Shown here: positions 12,807 to 26,324 of the stretch, one piece after another
Numbering within the stretch: position 1 is the stretch's first letter
How the letters are laid out: the number at the start of each line of letters is the position of its first letter
Made by a program: the position numbers and the translations under genes
The notes under the pieces: generated by a model
Database searches by the model: none
Seen by the model: the letters and a program-made list of their open reading frames with translations, nothing else
What the model was told of the DNA's origin: nothing
Origin: Eledone cirrhosa
Lineage: Eukaryota
DNA: 64,000 nucleotides
Assembly: GCA_964016885.1 (NCBI GenBank)
Contig: OZ024743.1
Coordinates: 150,722,001 to 150,786,000 of the forward strand
Reading direction: 5' to 3'

Positions 12807-12942
12807 AAAGTTAAACAAGGTTCAATGAATAAATCAAAGAATGAGTTTTACAATAGATTGGAAGCACTCAACAGAATTGGTTTCCAGAGTTATTAATATT
12901 AATTCAAAATATTAACAAAATAGATTGCATATTTAATAAATT

Positions 12943-15377
12943 ATGGAATTCTTCACCTTCCCGACATCTCACAAGGATATACCTATACCATCTAATGAAG
13001 AATACATGGGGAAACTGATAGAACAAATAAACTCTTTTATAAGAAGAGTGAGATGGCGTGCATTTCATTTTGATAATAAAGAAGCTAAAAGAAAAACCAA
13101 CAGCAATTATTTCGAAACTATCTTTAAATCCAGAAAGAATCCTCCATACAATAAACTCCTGGAGGATTTTGAAACTGAAATGCTCAATATACTTAAGAAA
13201 ATTAAATTCAGGAAAAACCCATATATAGGTCCTTAGAACTTTAAAAGAAAAAATCTCGGATATAAAAAAAGTTAATAAAATATTGGTAAAATTTGACAAA
13301 ACAAATAATTTATATGGCATAAATAAAGAAGAATATAATGATTTAATTTTAAAAGAACTAAGGAAAAATTATAAAAAAGCCCCGGCTGAAGATCTTACAG
13401 ACATCAATAATGATGCATATAAATTAATTGCAAAATTAGGAATTGAAGGAAGAACCGAGCCTCTTATACCTAGACAACCGAGGCTCACTTTTAAAGATCA
13501 CAAAAGAAACTTTGAGGAAGACCTGCCAGTTAAACTGATAGATCCATCTAAATCGGATATTGGAGTAATCAGTAAAAATATTATTGATAGAATTCTACCT
13601 ATTTTGAAATTGAGGTCTAAATTGAGCTTGTGGAAGGATACAAATGAAGTGATTGATTGGTATAAAAATATAGATGATAAGAAAAACCATAAATTCATCC
13701 AGATGGACATAACAAGCTATTACACTTCCATTACGCCTAACCTACTATATACGGCTTTATCCTACCCTTACAAACATACATATCTAACTACGGATAAAAT
13801 CGATATCATATTAACTGCTAGAAGAACTCTAATTAATTTCAACAATGAGTATTGGACCCGCTCAAATAGAAATAGAAACTTCGACATTACCATGGGATCA
13901 TCGGACTCAGCGCAAGTCACGGATCTTCTGGGGATTTTCATCTTAAATATGATAAATAGAAAACTGCCGGAGATTACCGGTGGTTTATATAGGGACGATA
14001 TTTTATTTACGGTTGTTAAACACAACAATATAGAACTAAATAGGGTAAAGAAAAATATAATTGAATTCTTTAAAAATTACGACCTTAAATTAGAGGTAGA
14101 AAGTGGTACCAAAATAGTTAATTTCCTTGATGTTACCCTTAACTTAAACTCTGGTTTTTATTACCCTTTCCATAAGACAAATGAAAACTTAAATTACGTT
14201 AGTTATTACTCTAATCACCCTAAATCTCTGAAAAATGCAATTGTAAATAGTGTACAGAAAAGCATAACTAGAATATCTGCCAATAAATCAATATTTGATG
14301 AAAAAGCAGGATATTACATTGATGCGCTAAGAAAGGCAGGTTATAAAATAATTGTTTCTACTTTTGGCACAAGGCCAGCAATTACCCAGTACATTACTGG
14401 TACTTTATTTTATCGACCCCGTAAGGATGAAAGGCAAAGTCAACCTCGGCGGGATTTGAACTCAGATCGTAAAGGGACGTAACTATGCTGGAAAGCATGT
14501 TTGACCCTCTACCGACACTGCCAAAAAAATAATATAGAATATATAGACAATAATAATCCGTATCTTAATCCTGATAAAAATAATAGTAATATGACTGGCA
14601 TATATAAACGAAATTCTAAAAATTATAATTCAAACACCTGTACTGTGAATAAATCGGGGAAAAGAACCAGAACTAAATCAGTTATATGGTCCTCCCCCCG
14701 CTTCTGTAGCAGTAAGAACACCACTAGCCAATCTATTCTTTAAGGCTTTAGATAATTCCTTCCCTAGTCAACATAAATACCGTTCCATATTTAATATACA
14801 CACAATTAAGCTTTCTTATTCTACAACTATGAATATGGCACAAAACATCGCTAAACTAAATAGTAGAATTCTAAACCAAAATCAGCATAATGCTGTTAAT
14901 AATAGTGTTAATATAAATAATAATAAATCGAAATGTAATTGTAGAAATAAACCAGATTGCTCTCTGCAAAATAATTGTCTGGATAGAAATTTGGTGTATA
15001 AATGCACTGTAAAAACAAATAACAACACATACAACTACATAGGGGCAACTTCTTCGACATTTAAATCAAGATTTGCGAATCACAAATGCTCATTTTCGAA
15101 TTTTAATAGGAAGTCTTCGACTTCTTTATCACAGCTTATAATGGTCATTAAAAGATAAAAATTAAAAATACTCGATTTTTGGACGAAGCTTTGTAATAGT
15201 AAAATATACTCGAACTCGTCTATATCAACTAACTGCAACCTCTGCACAAAGGAGACCCTATTAATAATTACTAATTATGAAAACTTAATTAACAAAAAAA
15301 GTGAATTATTCTCAAACTGCCTTCATAAAACTTTGTCTACATTCCAAGCCTCGCAAAAAGTCAGGAAAAAACACTAA
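12943..15377 (+). pseudogene. PLE RT + C-terminal GIY-YIG, frameshifted and SINE-interrupted
   Basis: KDIPIPS..KLIEQINSFIRRVRWRAF, FIQMDITSYY, FDITMGSSDSAQVTDLLG, GLYRDD, VNFLDV, SNHP, CNCRNKPDC..LVYKC..YIGATSSTFKSRFANH, CNLC..LINKKSELFSNCLH. Confidence 0.92.
14349..14524 (-). mobile_element. SINE family A inserted into the PLE family 2 ORF
   Basis: Matches family A sequence; aaaataat duplicated at both ends. Confidence 0.88.
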
Positions 15378-16015
15378 ACAAACAGGCTTTAATTTTTGAC
15401 GTCTCTTATCAACTGTTGGACCTAAAAAGTTATAACAGCTTATAAAACTTTAATAATACTTTATTTTCTAATCATTTATGATAGAATTAATGTTAAAATG
15501 AAGGATCCTGTTTAGGTATATAAACATATTATTTGTTTTGGGGACTCAGAAAGTTAGATTTGCACTTATATATTTTTATATATATCTAGGTATAAATATA
15601 ACAAACCATACTAGTCGACAAATATTGGTCTCTCTCTCCACTGAACTGGAGGTAAAACTACAATTATAGCATTACTAATAATGATTATAATTATTTATTT
15701 ATTAAATGTATATCGTTTCACTAATACCTATAATACTCTCTCTATATAGTTGTACAAATATGTATATCTAGTGTAATAACATACTTGTAGTTACATTTAT
15801 AAATAATTTAGATACTCAAATGACTCTCTATTGTTATCAGTGTTAGATATTCCCTGGATGTTCGAAATTATATAATGTTTATTACTTAATTTAATTTAAT
15901 TTAATTTATTTTAATTAAATTTAGGTTACCTTCGGCTTTTTCAAGTCTTTAACTCCTATTTCTATCACATTCGCTGGACATTTTAGAAGTATCTTTTGTC
16001 TACTATATATGTGTG

Positions 16016-16186
16016 TCTACTTTAGGCACAAGGCCAGCAATTACCCAGTTCATTACTGGTACTTTATTTTATCGACCCCGTAAGGATGAAAGGCAAAGTC
16101 AACCTCGGCGGGATTTGAACTCAGATCGTAAAGGGACGTAACTATGCTGGAAAGCATGGCGTCCGACCCTCTACCGATACTGCCAA
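16016..16186 (-). mobile_element. SINE family A
   Basis: Nearly identical to 14349-14524. Confidence 0.88.
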
Positions 16187-17262
16187 TATATTAAAACCCT
16201 ATTACATTTTAAAATATATTTTTAATATTGGGCATTTTTAAGTTTCGCAAACAATTCATTATTTTTCACTTTTTATTTTTATATTTATTTTGTATCTAGC
16301 CCTTATCCTTAGGACTCATGTAGCTTTGACTTTGACTTTTATATTTATAGTATGTATCAACTAAATGATACTTTTACAATAATTGATATAAAACATTAAT
16401 TTTTAACAATATTTTCAGTAACTTATTTACTATATTGTATTATTGTATTATGTTATGTATATTTGAAAGGTATCACCTTAAGTCATTAGACAATATAATC
16501 CTTGTATACTTTTGATTAACACATATATATAATTTAAAATTCAGACTTCTTTATGTTTAATTATAAGGCCTGTTGATCCTTTAGGCACTCAAATTGTTAA
16601 TCATAAATTCTTTAATAATTATAACTATAATTATTTTATAAATTATATTATATAAACTGTTGTCAATATTATAAGTAATTTTGGTAAAGTTTACCTTCGT
16701 GAGGTTATAAAAACATTATATATTTTCTTTCTCGTGTTCGTAAATCCTTTAAATTTGATTTCATAAAATTTGAATTTTAGAAATTAAACTTGATAGTATA
16801 TTATAATATTAATACAGATACCTATTAACTTTTAAAACCTAAAATATTATTCATTACTCTGAACTAACTTAAATTAAATATTTTGAATATTAACGGTCAA
16901 CCAAATAAGTTTAGATATATATTGTATATATAAACTTGAACATAAATTATTCCCCTTTGTCTTTCTCTCTCTTTAATCATCTCTCATTTGTTTTTCGAGG
17001 CCCCTACTAACTATATTATCCCATCAGCTGTTTCTCCCTCTATGCTTTCCTTTCTTCAGTAATTTAAATTTTTCAACTGTTATATTGATGCCATGTATTT
17101 TTTAAGCTATATTACACGCACCCTCTCTATTGTATGTATTATATATTTTTCTCATGTTCTCAATATTAAGGTATAAATATTGAGTTTTGTCATATATTAC
17201 TCACTACCATGACTGAATCTTAACCATCTACTATGTCAGGGTATGTCATGCATCATCTTATT

Positions 17263-17319
17263 TTATCTGATGAGGACGTACTGTTGAACTTAACTCAGTA
17301 CTTCTGAAATATGTATAAT
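17263..17319 (+). ncRNA. Hammerhead ribozyme in PLE family 2 pLTR
   Basis: ttat-CTGATGAG-gacgtactg-loop-cagtacttct-GAAA-tatg-TA-taat. Confidence 0.7.
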
Positions 17320-18215
17320 AAAATATACTTGATCACAAGAATATCTATTTTGTTAATATTTTGAATTAATATATATATATATATAATCATCATCATCATC
17401 GTTTAACGTCTAATATATATACACATACATGTGATGAGACTTAGTCAAAACCTAGAATCAAGTGTTTGAAGGACTAAATCTGAAACTTTTAATTTAAAAC
17501 AATTAACTCTTAATAATTGGGTACATTGAAGAGTTACAGTTGAAGTTTAAAACTCTTTGTAACATCTGTTCAGAAACAACTTCCTTCTAGCCATATTTAT
17601 ATTTATATTTTCTGATAGCTTCAAAATCTCGTTTGAAATTATTATATATTTTTTCAATATCTTTATTTCCTTATATGTTTATTTCTTTAGCTGAATAAAT
17701 ATTTGTTTAAGAATAATTTCAAGTTAAACTTTGTAACATTATTAGAAAGAAGACATAAGAAGCTATTCTTTCATAAAAGAAAAGATTTTAATAAATCATA
17801 TAAGATATTGTTTGTTCTAACTAATGGTATGTTGTGTCAAGTAGGAAAATCTTAAAACATTTACTATGCTTTACAATGAACTAGTTTATAGACCAGGATT
17901 TAAAAGTGAAAAGTTGGTGTGTATAATAATTATACTAGAAAACAAAAATCAAAAGTAAATTCATGAATATATATGTTTCTTTTCCTATATTTATTTGTTG
18001 ATTTCATCATTAAAATTTTATACCTGTTATTTCAATGCATGGGCTAGGCATTACAAACCATATCAGTTCATAATCAGAGTTACTGTCCCCATAGACCAGC
18101 CAAGGACTAATTCTTACTTACAAAGATTATTTTATGTAATTTGGAAATTACTTTAGAAAACTGCTACTATTCATCTTCTGTCATCTTTACAGCTATTTTT
18201 TTTATTGCTTAGTCT

Positions 18216-18433
18216 ATAACAGTTTCTAATTTGGGCACAAGACCAGCAATTTGAAGGTGAAATGGAAAGTCAATTATATCAACTCCAGTACTTCACTGGT
18301 ATTTTATTTTATCAACCCCTGAAGGATGATATACAAAGTTGACTTTGGAAGGATTTGAGTTCAAAATATAAAAAGCTGGAACAAATGCTACAAGGGTTGT
18401 TTCAATCTTCTAATGATTCTGCCAATGACTGCC
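18216..18433 (-). mobile_element. Old diverged SINE related to family A
   Basis: ggcacaagaccagcaat...actggtattttattttatcaacccctgaaggatga...ggatttgagttc. Confidence 0.7.
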
Positions 18434-18789
18434 TTTGCTTACTCTACAATAACTAGAAGCAAAGCAACTGAAGTGTAAATAATAGAAAGATAGCTAGAAG
18501 TATGTAAGGTCTATTTTAATTAGAATATGTTTTACTTAGCGCTCAGCAGTAAAATAAAGGTAAAGAGAAAGTTTCATTGAAATGAAGTTTGGAGTGAAAA
18601 CATAATTACTGATACATACATATGTTTTTATAGCAAGAACAGAAGATAATGTAAGCTTTTGGTGATGAACATCCACTGTGGTATTTTGACTTCACTTGAA
18701 ACTATTCTACTTCACTTTCAGAGATAACACAACTTCCAATTTAATTCTCCTCTTAAATGTAGAACTTTAGAGTAGGAATGGCTTTTGGT

Positions 18790-19620
18790 CATAGAAACCA
18801 TGCTATGTGCTGGTGCCACACAAAATCTGAGTACATTACTGTAAAGTGATTGGTGAAAGGAAGGGTATTCAGCTACAGAAACCATGTAAACTCTTTTTGA
18901 AGTAGCAGGTGATAAGAAGGGCATCCAGTCATAGTAAACATACCAATACATTGAAATAACTTTTCAGATGTAACAAAACATGACAACCCTTCCCCTACTG
19001 CTGGTGCCACATAACCAGTACACTATGTAGACCACAGGAATATATGCAAGTAAGATGCCCCCCACCTCACCTAGTATGTCTGAGAGGTCAGAGGCTCTAG
19101 TTAAGTATTGATTTGATCTGTGACAACACCTGTCCAACTCTTGCCAGCAAGGAAAACAGAAGTTAAATGATGATAATACACACAAATACATTTATATCAT
19201 CATCATTTAACGTGTCTATTTGTTCTATTTTTGCATTGGTTAAATGGGTTGTCACATTATGAGACAAGTCAGGTCAAGCAACCTACATCTTGGTCATATG
19301 GATCTGTATTTTTGCTTGGTGCCCTTCCTAATACCAACCACATTACTGTGTGGACTGGTTGCTTTTTATCATGGCACTAAAACAACCATCTATCTGGGTG
19401 GATTGGGTGCTTTATTCTCTTGTCATCAGCACAACCACCTTACATGCATGGTGGACTGGGTGCATTTTGTTGTATACCAGCATGACCCCCTTAGAGGGTG
19501 AACCAGGTGCTTTTCCTCGTGTATTCAACATCACCGCATTACAGGATGGACTGGGTGCTTTTGTTGTTGTTGCACCAGATCGGCATACAAGGTGACTTAG
19601 TGTCTTCTATCATGGCAACA
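18790..19620. repeat. Decayed SINE-B/RTE 3'-end-related fragments, including reiterated ggactgggtgcttt units
   Basis: aagggcatccag, ccagcaaggaaaacagaagttaaatgatgat tail, and an opposite-orientation piece from 19196. Confidence 0.55.
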
Positions 19621-20200
19621 GAATTGTGGGAGGTCAGAAGTAGATCAGTGGGGATGTTGAGGGGTGTCCTGTGCCTATAGGATGTGGGTAACCCATGTCA
19701 ACATACACTAACGACTTCATCATAGCACCAAACACATTGAGGGGATCGACAGAATCTCCTTCCCCCATTGGGGAATTTGCTTTGTTTTAATTTTTTACGT
19801 TTGTTATTTTTATATCACTTTTTACATGCAAAACCCACTTTCTATCGTCCTGTGCTATCTTTAATGTTTTCTTAATGTCAACCCTGTGTGGCTGTGCCTA
19901 AAGTAGAAACAATTATTATTATTATTTGCTTCGGGATTGATCTTTTTTCCTAATAAGATTTGTGTGGGTAACAGGATACTACCTATAAATGTTACCACGC
20001 AAACATTACTTAATGCACATTGAGTATCGTTTACCTTTTTCAACCAAACAATTGGCATGGCATCAGAATGACCAAATTATTCCGCTGTTAAAAGAAATAC
20101 GTTTTTTCCTTTATTTTTTTTTTAACAAAACGATGTTCTTTTTTTCTTCTTTACAACAAAAACAAGATATCAAGATTTTGTATTTTTATTTGCTTTAAAA

Positions 20201-20542
20201 CAGGTTCTTTAAGTGGGCGCTACCACCCCCTGGGGGCGTTGAGAAGATCCAGGGGGCGCTGGGGTATAGGGGACGGTGTGGGGTGGAGTAGAGATGATAT
20301 AATAGTATATTAAATATCAAATGATACATATATATATATAGTAAAATAAAAATATATATATAATATTTATTCATACATAGTATATATTATATTATTTATT
20401 ATATATAAATTAACGATTTTATCTATTATATATGATTTACAATTTGTGTGTAGGCAGGTCTCTCTGGAAATAGAGTTGGGGGCGCTGAGAGTATTACGTG
20501 GCCGTGAGGGGAGCGGTGGCCCCAAAAGCTTTAGAACGTCTA
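20201..20542. mobile_element. Non-autonomous hAT (Charlie-like) MITE
   Basis: 8-bp TSD ctttaaaa at 20193-20200 and 20543-20550; decayed TIR caggttct/agaacgtcta; subterminal ggggcg motifs. Confidence 0.7.
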
Positions 20543-22050
20543 CTTTAAAATATGGCGTTGAAGATTCTTTAAAAAAAAAGGAACAAACAAAAAGAGAACC
20601 CACAAAACTATTCATGCAAGTTTTGATTGGTGATATTGAACGTAGATTAAAGTCAGTATAAAATAAAGATATTTTCTTAGGAAGTCTGACTGCAGTGCTA
20701 AGCTCTTTGTAAATTGCTTGAGAATAAACTAGAAATTGTAATGTGCTTTTTATCTTCGTAATATAAAATTCAAAAAAATTAGTTGTAATGTGTGCAATTA
20801 GTTGTCGTGTGTGACCCTCAGACAACACATATGGAATTCATGTGACCCTCGGAGGACTCTCAGTTTGAAATGCCTGGTATAAATAACATTATAAATATGT
20901 TTTAAATATATACATAAATAACATTACAAATATTACAAAAAAAGAAAAGGAAAAGAAAGAAAAAGCACAAGCACATCTTAAACCACATACATCGAAAGGC
21001 AAGTGAAATGGGTAGACAAACAAACCACTCTAGAACAAAAGATAACGATATCACGAGGAGCACTGCACCTCATTCGTAATTTTTTAATAAACATGGATTT
21101 AAATACCTTACTTTGTCTTTAGTAAAGTTTATTTTGATCTAGTTGTTATAATTCGCATGTGGGTTGGTTAAAATGTTGTGCTTTTCTCGGATTGAGTAAG
21201 TGAACACTCTTAAATGGATGACACAGTTTGGAAGAATTGTTCCTAATGTCAGAAATCCAAGTTTTCAAATGTTTGATTCCAAGTGGATTTTTCTTAGTCA
21301 TGCTGTGGTTTGCTGACTGGTGATTGGAAGGAGAACCAAGCTTACCTATTTTTAACTAAAACGATGTTGAAATGCCTGAGATTTTAGGAAATACGATAGA
21401 CTGAAAAACAATTGGAGGTAATTCCTTGAATTACCTATTAGCTGATAAAGAACAAAATCCAGTAATAGATTAACATTATTTTAATACATAGTCATTTAAT
21501 CATATTAAAGAAATTGCTAATCGAAATAAAAAAAAGTATCAAGGAAAACTTCACATCAGGATGGACAGATTTTTTTCTACATCGATGTGTCAAGAGTATT
21601 TGAATGAAGGATCATTATTGTCATGTGGAAAGAGATGTCAAGTATATACTGAACAAATGTTCTCACCGCCCGCTGAAGCCTCCAAACGTACCATCTGTAA
21701 TATTATTTTGCTCACCTAATAACTTCAAATGTTCTCTATTTCGTGTCATAGACTCCACTGGGAAATGTTGTAGTCTTTTTATTCACAGTTGTATAAATTC
21801 CATTACAAATTGTTTACAATTCTTTCAGAAGAGGCTAAGGAGCTGAAACAACAAGGCATTGTCACGGGCATCACCTGACACCTCAGGAAGGTGAGCCGCC
21901 AACGATAACAAAAACTTCGCTGTCAGCAGCCCAACTCCACCAAATATCTCGAATGTCACAAGCTGAAAAAAATAATTGTTTGATAGATCCCGGTATTTCG
22001 TTACATTTGAAATGTTTCCGTAATAGCACTTTACAATCTTCTGTCCAAAT

Positions 22051-22289
22051 TGTGGTTAGAAAAAGCTACTTCACTTACCGCTTATTGCTGGCACCGGTAA
22101 TCCAATGGCTGGTTTCTCCTCTCCCACGTGCGTACAATCCAACTCGTTAACCGGGAGCTCCAAAACTGACGTCCACCACCTTCGCTGACCACCCCAGAGA
22201 GAGGCAGACCTGCTGGCCCTTCCGGTCAAGCACTCTTCCGGTCGAGCACTCCCCAGCCTCCGGCCACCGCATACCACACCATACCCACA
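22051..22289 (-). repeat. 3' LTR
   Basis: Matches 25239-25508 apart from ~8 substitutions and the copy number of a 15-bp repeat. Confidence 0.92.
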
Positions 22290-22309
22290 CGCCCCCCTGA
22301 TCTCAAGGA

Positions 22310-24096
22310 TCAATTTCCCCCTCGACCTGCTGCATATGAAAGTCTGCTGTCCAGGTTGGTGGTTTGCGACTTCTTTGCGATCTCCGCAGTGTTGGGGCGG
22401 CACTTTGGGTTTCCTCTTCCTCGGAGTCCGTTGACAGTAATTCTACGGACATGCCGTGGTACTCCGTCTACGGACACATTGTTCTGGGAATTTACGGCCG
22501 TCACCGTTCCCCTTCCCCATTGAGATGTGCAACGTGGGAGCTTAACCCAGACTTCTTCAGCCACCTGCACGAATGCATTCTCTCTCTCCACTGGCCGTTG
22601 TGGTGACGTGCACGGGTGCCGCCACTCGTATCTGAATACTGCTCCGATTCCTCAACCTGTCCCACCCGAGGAGACATGTTGTACCAGAACACTGCCTCCA
22701 TTGGTGAGATGTGGCCCCGCTCCGCCATTACTTTGATAGTCCGGTGGTGTCACGATTCCATTTCCGCTCGGCCTGTACGCTGCTCTGAAGAAACGGTCCA
22801 CCTTCCATCCATCGAGCATCGCCCTCAGCGCCTCTGAGCGGAACGCTGCGCTGTTGTCCATCAGCAGTTCGTCCACAGGGCCCCGCTCCCAACGTCCGCG
22901 TGATTTCCTCGGCCGTTCCAGTCTTCATCTCCCTCCATATCGCCATCCGTCCCGGTCCACAGTCGACCATTGAGAGGTATGTTCCTTATCGGTAGTGTGT
23001 TACATCCACCGCCAATCGCTTCCAGTTGCGATCCACCGGGAGGCTTCCCCTTTCGTGCACACCCGGGGCGGGATCAATGGACTGACATCGGACGCAGCCT
23101 CTAACCACTCTTTGAACACTGTGTCTGCTAACGTCCGAGTCGATTCTCCTGGCTAGGAACAGAGTCCTATCCACTCCCATGTGGTGCAACCCTTTCAGAT
23201 CCGACTCGGTCAGCCGACACACGGCAGCTATCTCCTCTTCTACATCCTCCGGCGCTTCCATCCAGGCTTTCTTCACCCTGGTTAAAACGTCCGCCCCATT
23301 TTTCTCTGAGGGCACGAAAACTACGCTCAGCCTCAGGTCGAACTCGGTGGCCAGCTCTCCTAAAGTTACCAGGCGGCGCTTTATCAGCATCTCAGCCGCC
23401 ATCTCTTCTCACTGATACTTGGGCCCAGTTCTGGAACTTCAATTCCCCTCTGGAATACTAACACGCCCGTCCTGTCTCGCCGTAGCCTAAGTCCCAGCGC
23501 GGCTCCTCCCTCCAACGCTTCTGACGGCTTCGCAGCCAGTCCATACCCCTGTAAATGGCTCGTGACCTCCGCCGCCGACACTACAGACTCGTCTACTAGG
23601 ATGTCGTAAATGTAGTAATTAGTGGCCCTCTTCATCTTGTCGGCCTTTCCCAGAATGGCCTTGAGGACCACCGCCATGATTTTCGGTGCAGAGCTCAGCC
23701 CGAAACCGAGCCTGGTCAGGCAATATGTCCGGCCCTTATACCTGACCAGCTGATACTGCCAGAGCTTCTCATCTAAGTGTAATTGTAAGTATGCCGACTT
23801 TAGATCGACGATTGCGGAAGCCCTCGTCATGCGTCTCCACTCACGCAGGGTTTCCCCACAGACATCCGTGACCTCGCCACCCGTGTGGAATGACACGTGC
23901 TTGCTCGTTCAGCTCCCGAAAGTCCAGTACCGGCCTCACCTTGTTCTTCGCGGGTTGCGCCACCGCCATTAACGGCAATACTCCACACTTCACCTCCTCT
24001 TTCCAGAAAAGCAGTATGCCCTCCTCAATCCATCTCTCTACCTCTCGCTCCTAATATCTCCCTTCAATGTGTGTTGATAGCAGCCCACTTTGGTCT
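22310..24096 (-). pseudogene. pol: Gypsy pol fragments: RT, partial RNase H, integrase
   Basis: IVDLKSAYLQL, YCLTRLGFGLSSAP, YIYD (decayed YIDD); integrase HHMGVDRT..CVRC, LAVDVTHY, LLMDNSAAF, GNGIV. Confidence 0.88.
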
Positions 24097-25170
24097 TCAG
24101 TGTTGGTGGTTCTCCCTTCCAGTACCACTCAATACCCATCGTTGCCCATCGAACACGGCCTTGAAGTTTTTGTCCTGTACAGTGAAAGCGGGGTATTTCT
24201 CCTCGTGGGCTTTCCGGTTCTCCTGTCCCGTACTCACAACGCATACCGATGCGGCGCCGCCAAAAGACACACCAACATTGTTCACTGTGACGCCTCCTAG
24301 ACGGCCAATTGCGTCCATGCCCATAACTACGCCGATCCCATCCACCACGTTGTCGACTACGATGGCAGAAAGCCTTATTTTCTTTCCCCGTACCGCCATC
24401 TTCACCTCGCTGCGACCTCGGCTTTCAAATTTCCTACCGTCGACTGCCCTTACGCTGCTCTTCCCTCTCCACATCTGCGCCACCCCCGCGGTCACCAGTG
24501 TCGTCGTACAGCCCGTGTCCACGAGGGCTCGCTGTGGCTTTCCCCTCACGAAGACTTTCACCACGGGCAGCGCCTCTATTCGTAAGTGGCAGCTAGCGGC
24601 GCAGTAGTTCCTACTTGGATCGTTTCCCTGGTCGCAGCTAGTAACGATGTGGCCTGGTCGCTTACACCGGTAGCATATTTTGTCCGGCCTTGACTCTCTA
24701 CAGACTCTCGCCATGTGCGGGCCCTGGCACCTAAAACAACGACCTCTAAACGTTCGCAGGAGACGGCGTGCCGTGGTTGCCTCCCTTTCACCATTTCGTT
24801 GCCGGCTGCCTTGGGCCTCTGTCATTGCTATCGCCACGACACTCTTCTTGGCATCTTCTGCTATGATGCGGGCTTGCACTACCAGTGAACGGATCTCCAT
24901 TTCCTTGTAACCCGGGACTTGCTGCAGTTTCACCGCTATGTCGTCTGGAAATCTATTTATGAACGCCAACCGCACCGTGCGTTCGCATTCCACCTGATAT
25001 CCAGCCAACATGGCCAATCGCCGTATTTCCGCTGCGAAAATGTCAACGCGTTCACCGTTCCATTTAATCCTTGCCAGCTTAGCAAACGCGGCTAACGGTC
25101 CTTCCGCGAAGCTTCCATCATACGCCTCTCAATCTTTTGCGCATCCCTTTGACTGTGTTCATCCATCACT
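24097..25170 (-). pseudogene. gag: Gypsy gag + aspartic protease
   Basis: Two zinc knuckles CFRCQGPHMARVC and CYRCKRPGHIVTSC; protease ALVDTGC; N-terminus frameshifted upstream of ORF 24097-25017. Confidence 0.88.
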
Positions 25171-25238
25171 ACTGTTTTCCAGTAGCTTTGTTTTCGAGAA
25201 AGTTCTTTTTTTTATCGTCTTCCAGTGCCGAAATAGCT

Positions 25239-25508
25239 TGTGGTTAGAAAAAGCTACTTCACTTACCGCTTATTGCTGGCACCGGTAATCCAATGGCTGG
25301 TTTCTCCTCTCCCACGTGCATACAATCCAACTCGATAACCGGGAGCTCCAAAACTGATGTCCACCACCTTTGCTGACCACGCTAGAGAGAGGCAGACCTG
25401 CTGGCCTTCCGGTCGAACACCCTTCCGGTCAAGCACCCTTCCGGTCAAGCACTCTTCCGGTCGAGCACTCCCGAGCCTCCGGCCACCGCACACCACACCA
25501 TACCCACA
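25239..25508 (-). repeat. 5' LTR
   Basis: tgtggttagaaaaagc...atacccaca; 4 copies of a cttccggtc(a/g)agca-type unit versus 2 in the other LTR. Confidence 0.92.
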
Positions 25509-26324
25509 CAAGTGTTGCACTATAAAAAACATTGATGCAAAATAATAAATGCAAATTATTGTGTATATTTATATAGGAAGTTTTAAGAGATTTTAATGTT
25601 ACTAAAAATAATTCACATAAGGAGCCGAATTTTCAATTGCATTTTCTTGCAGCTACGAACTCAATAACGACCTATTTAAATGTTATAAATTAGCTGAAAA
25701 AGATCCCTCTGTTGGCTCTATGAACAGACTGAAGCTACACTAGAACGAACTTCAGCCAGAACTAAATTATTTCACAGCCAAATAATTACGCCAAGCAACG
25801 TTTGACGAACGTAAAAATTACATAAACATTAATCAAAATAATAATGAACGTGTGAAACTCTTACAAATAACTAGTCAGATGGGGAGATCTCCCACTTTGG
25901 GGCGGGTGAGAGAGGTCTTCTTTTGTGAAAATGGGTATAGCTTTCATTATGTAAAATCTCCCCAATTTTGGCTCATTGCTCCCCGTTTTCGAGCACCTTT
26001 TTTCATTGTTTGTGTTTCTAGAAGTTGGGAGGTCTGACTGTGTGAGCGATCTCCTAGATCAGGCATGCAATCAACACATGTCGTCATGTTACTAGGTTTT
26101 CTTGTAGCCAGTCCGACCATCAGCATTTCAAACGTCTTTTGAAACAGTCATGTCGGTGATAAATTTGCCACCACGTGTCACAATAGACTTTACCACGACT
26201 GCTATATCTTCCAGTCACGTTAACCACTAAAGCACAGTCAATAATAACAATTACAAGCCTGGAGTACCATGAAAAAAAGTGCCCCAAAATGGGAAGAATG
26301 AGGCAAAATTGGGTATATTTTGCA

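Larger units (their letters stand above)
12803..17372 (+). mobile_element. Apparently full-length PLE family 2 (~4.6 kb) with inverted 5' tail, long 3' UTR and (TA)n flanks
   Basis: 12898-12925 is the reverse complement of 17343-17370; ORF 12943-15377; hammerhead at 17263; two SINE insertions. Confidence 0.85.
22051..25508 (-). mobile_element. Compact Ty3/Gypsy LTR retrotransposon (degenerate)
   Basis: Two LTRs TG...CA; near-TSD caaat/caagt; PPT aggggggcg next to the 3' LTR; order gag-PR-RT-(RH)-IN. Confidence 0.93.

Noticed and set aside
20805-20880. Possible hAT right end (gtgaccctc x2, tttgaaatgcctg)
   Set aside because: No matching left end or TSD located
23897-24607. 236-aa plus-strand ORF
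   Set aside because: Antisense shadow of the GC-rich Gypsy gag-pol region
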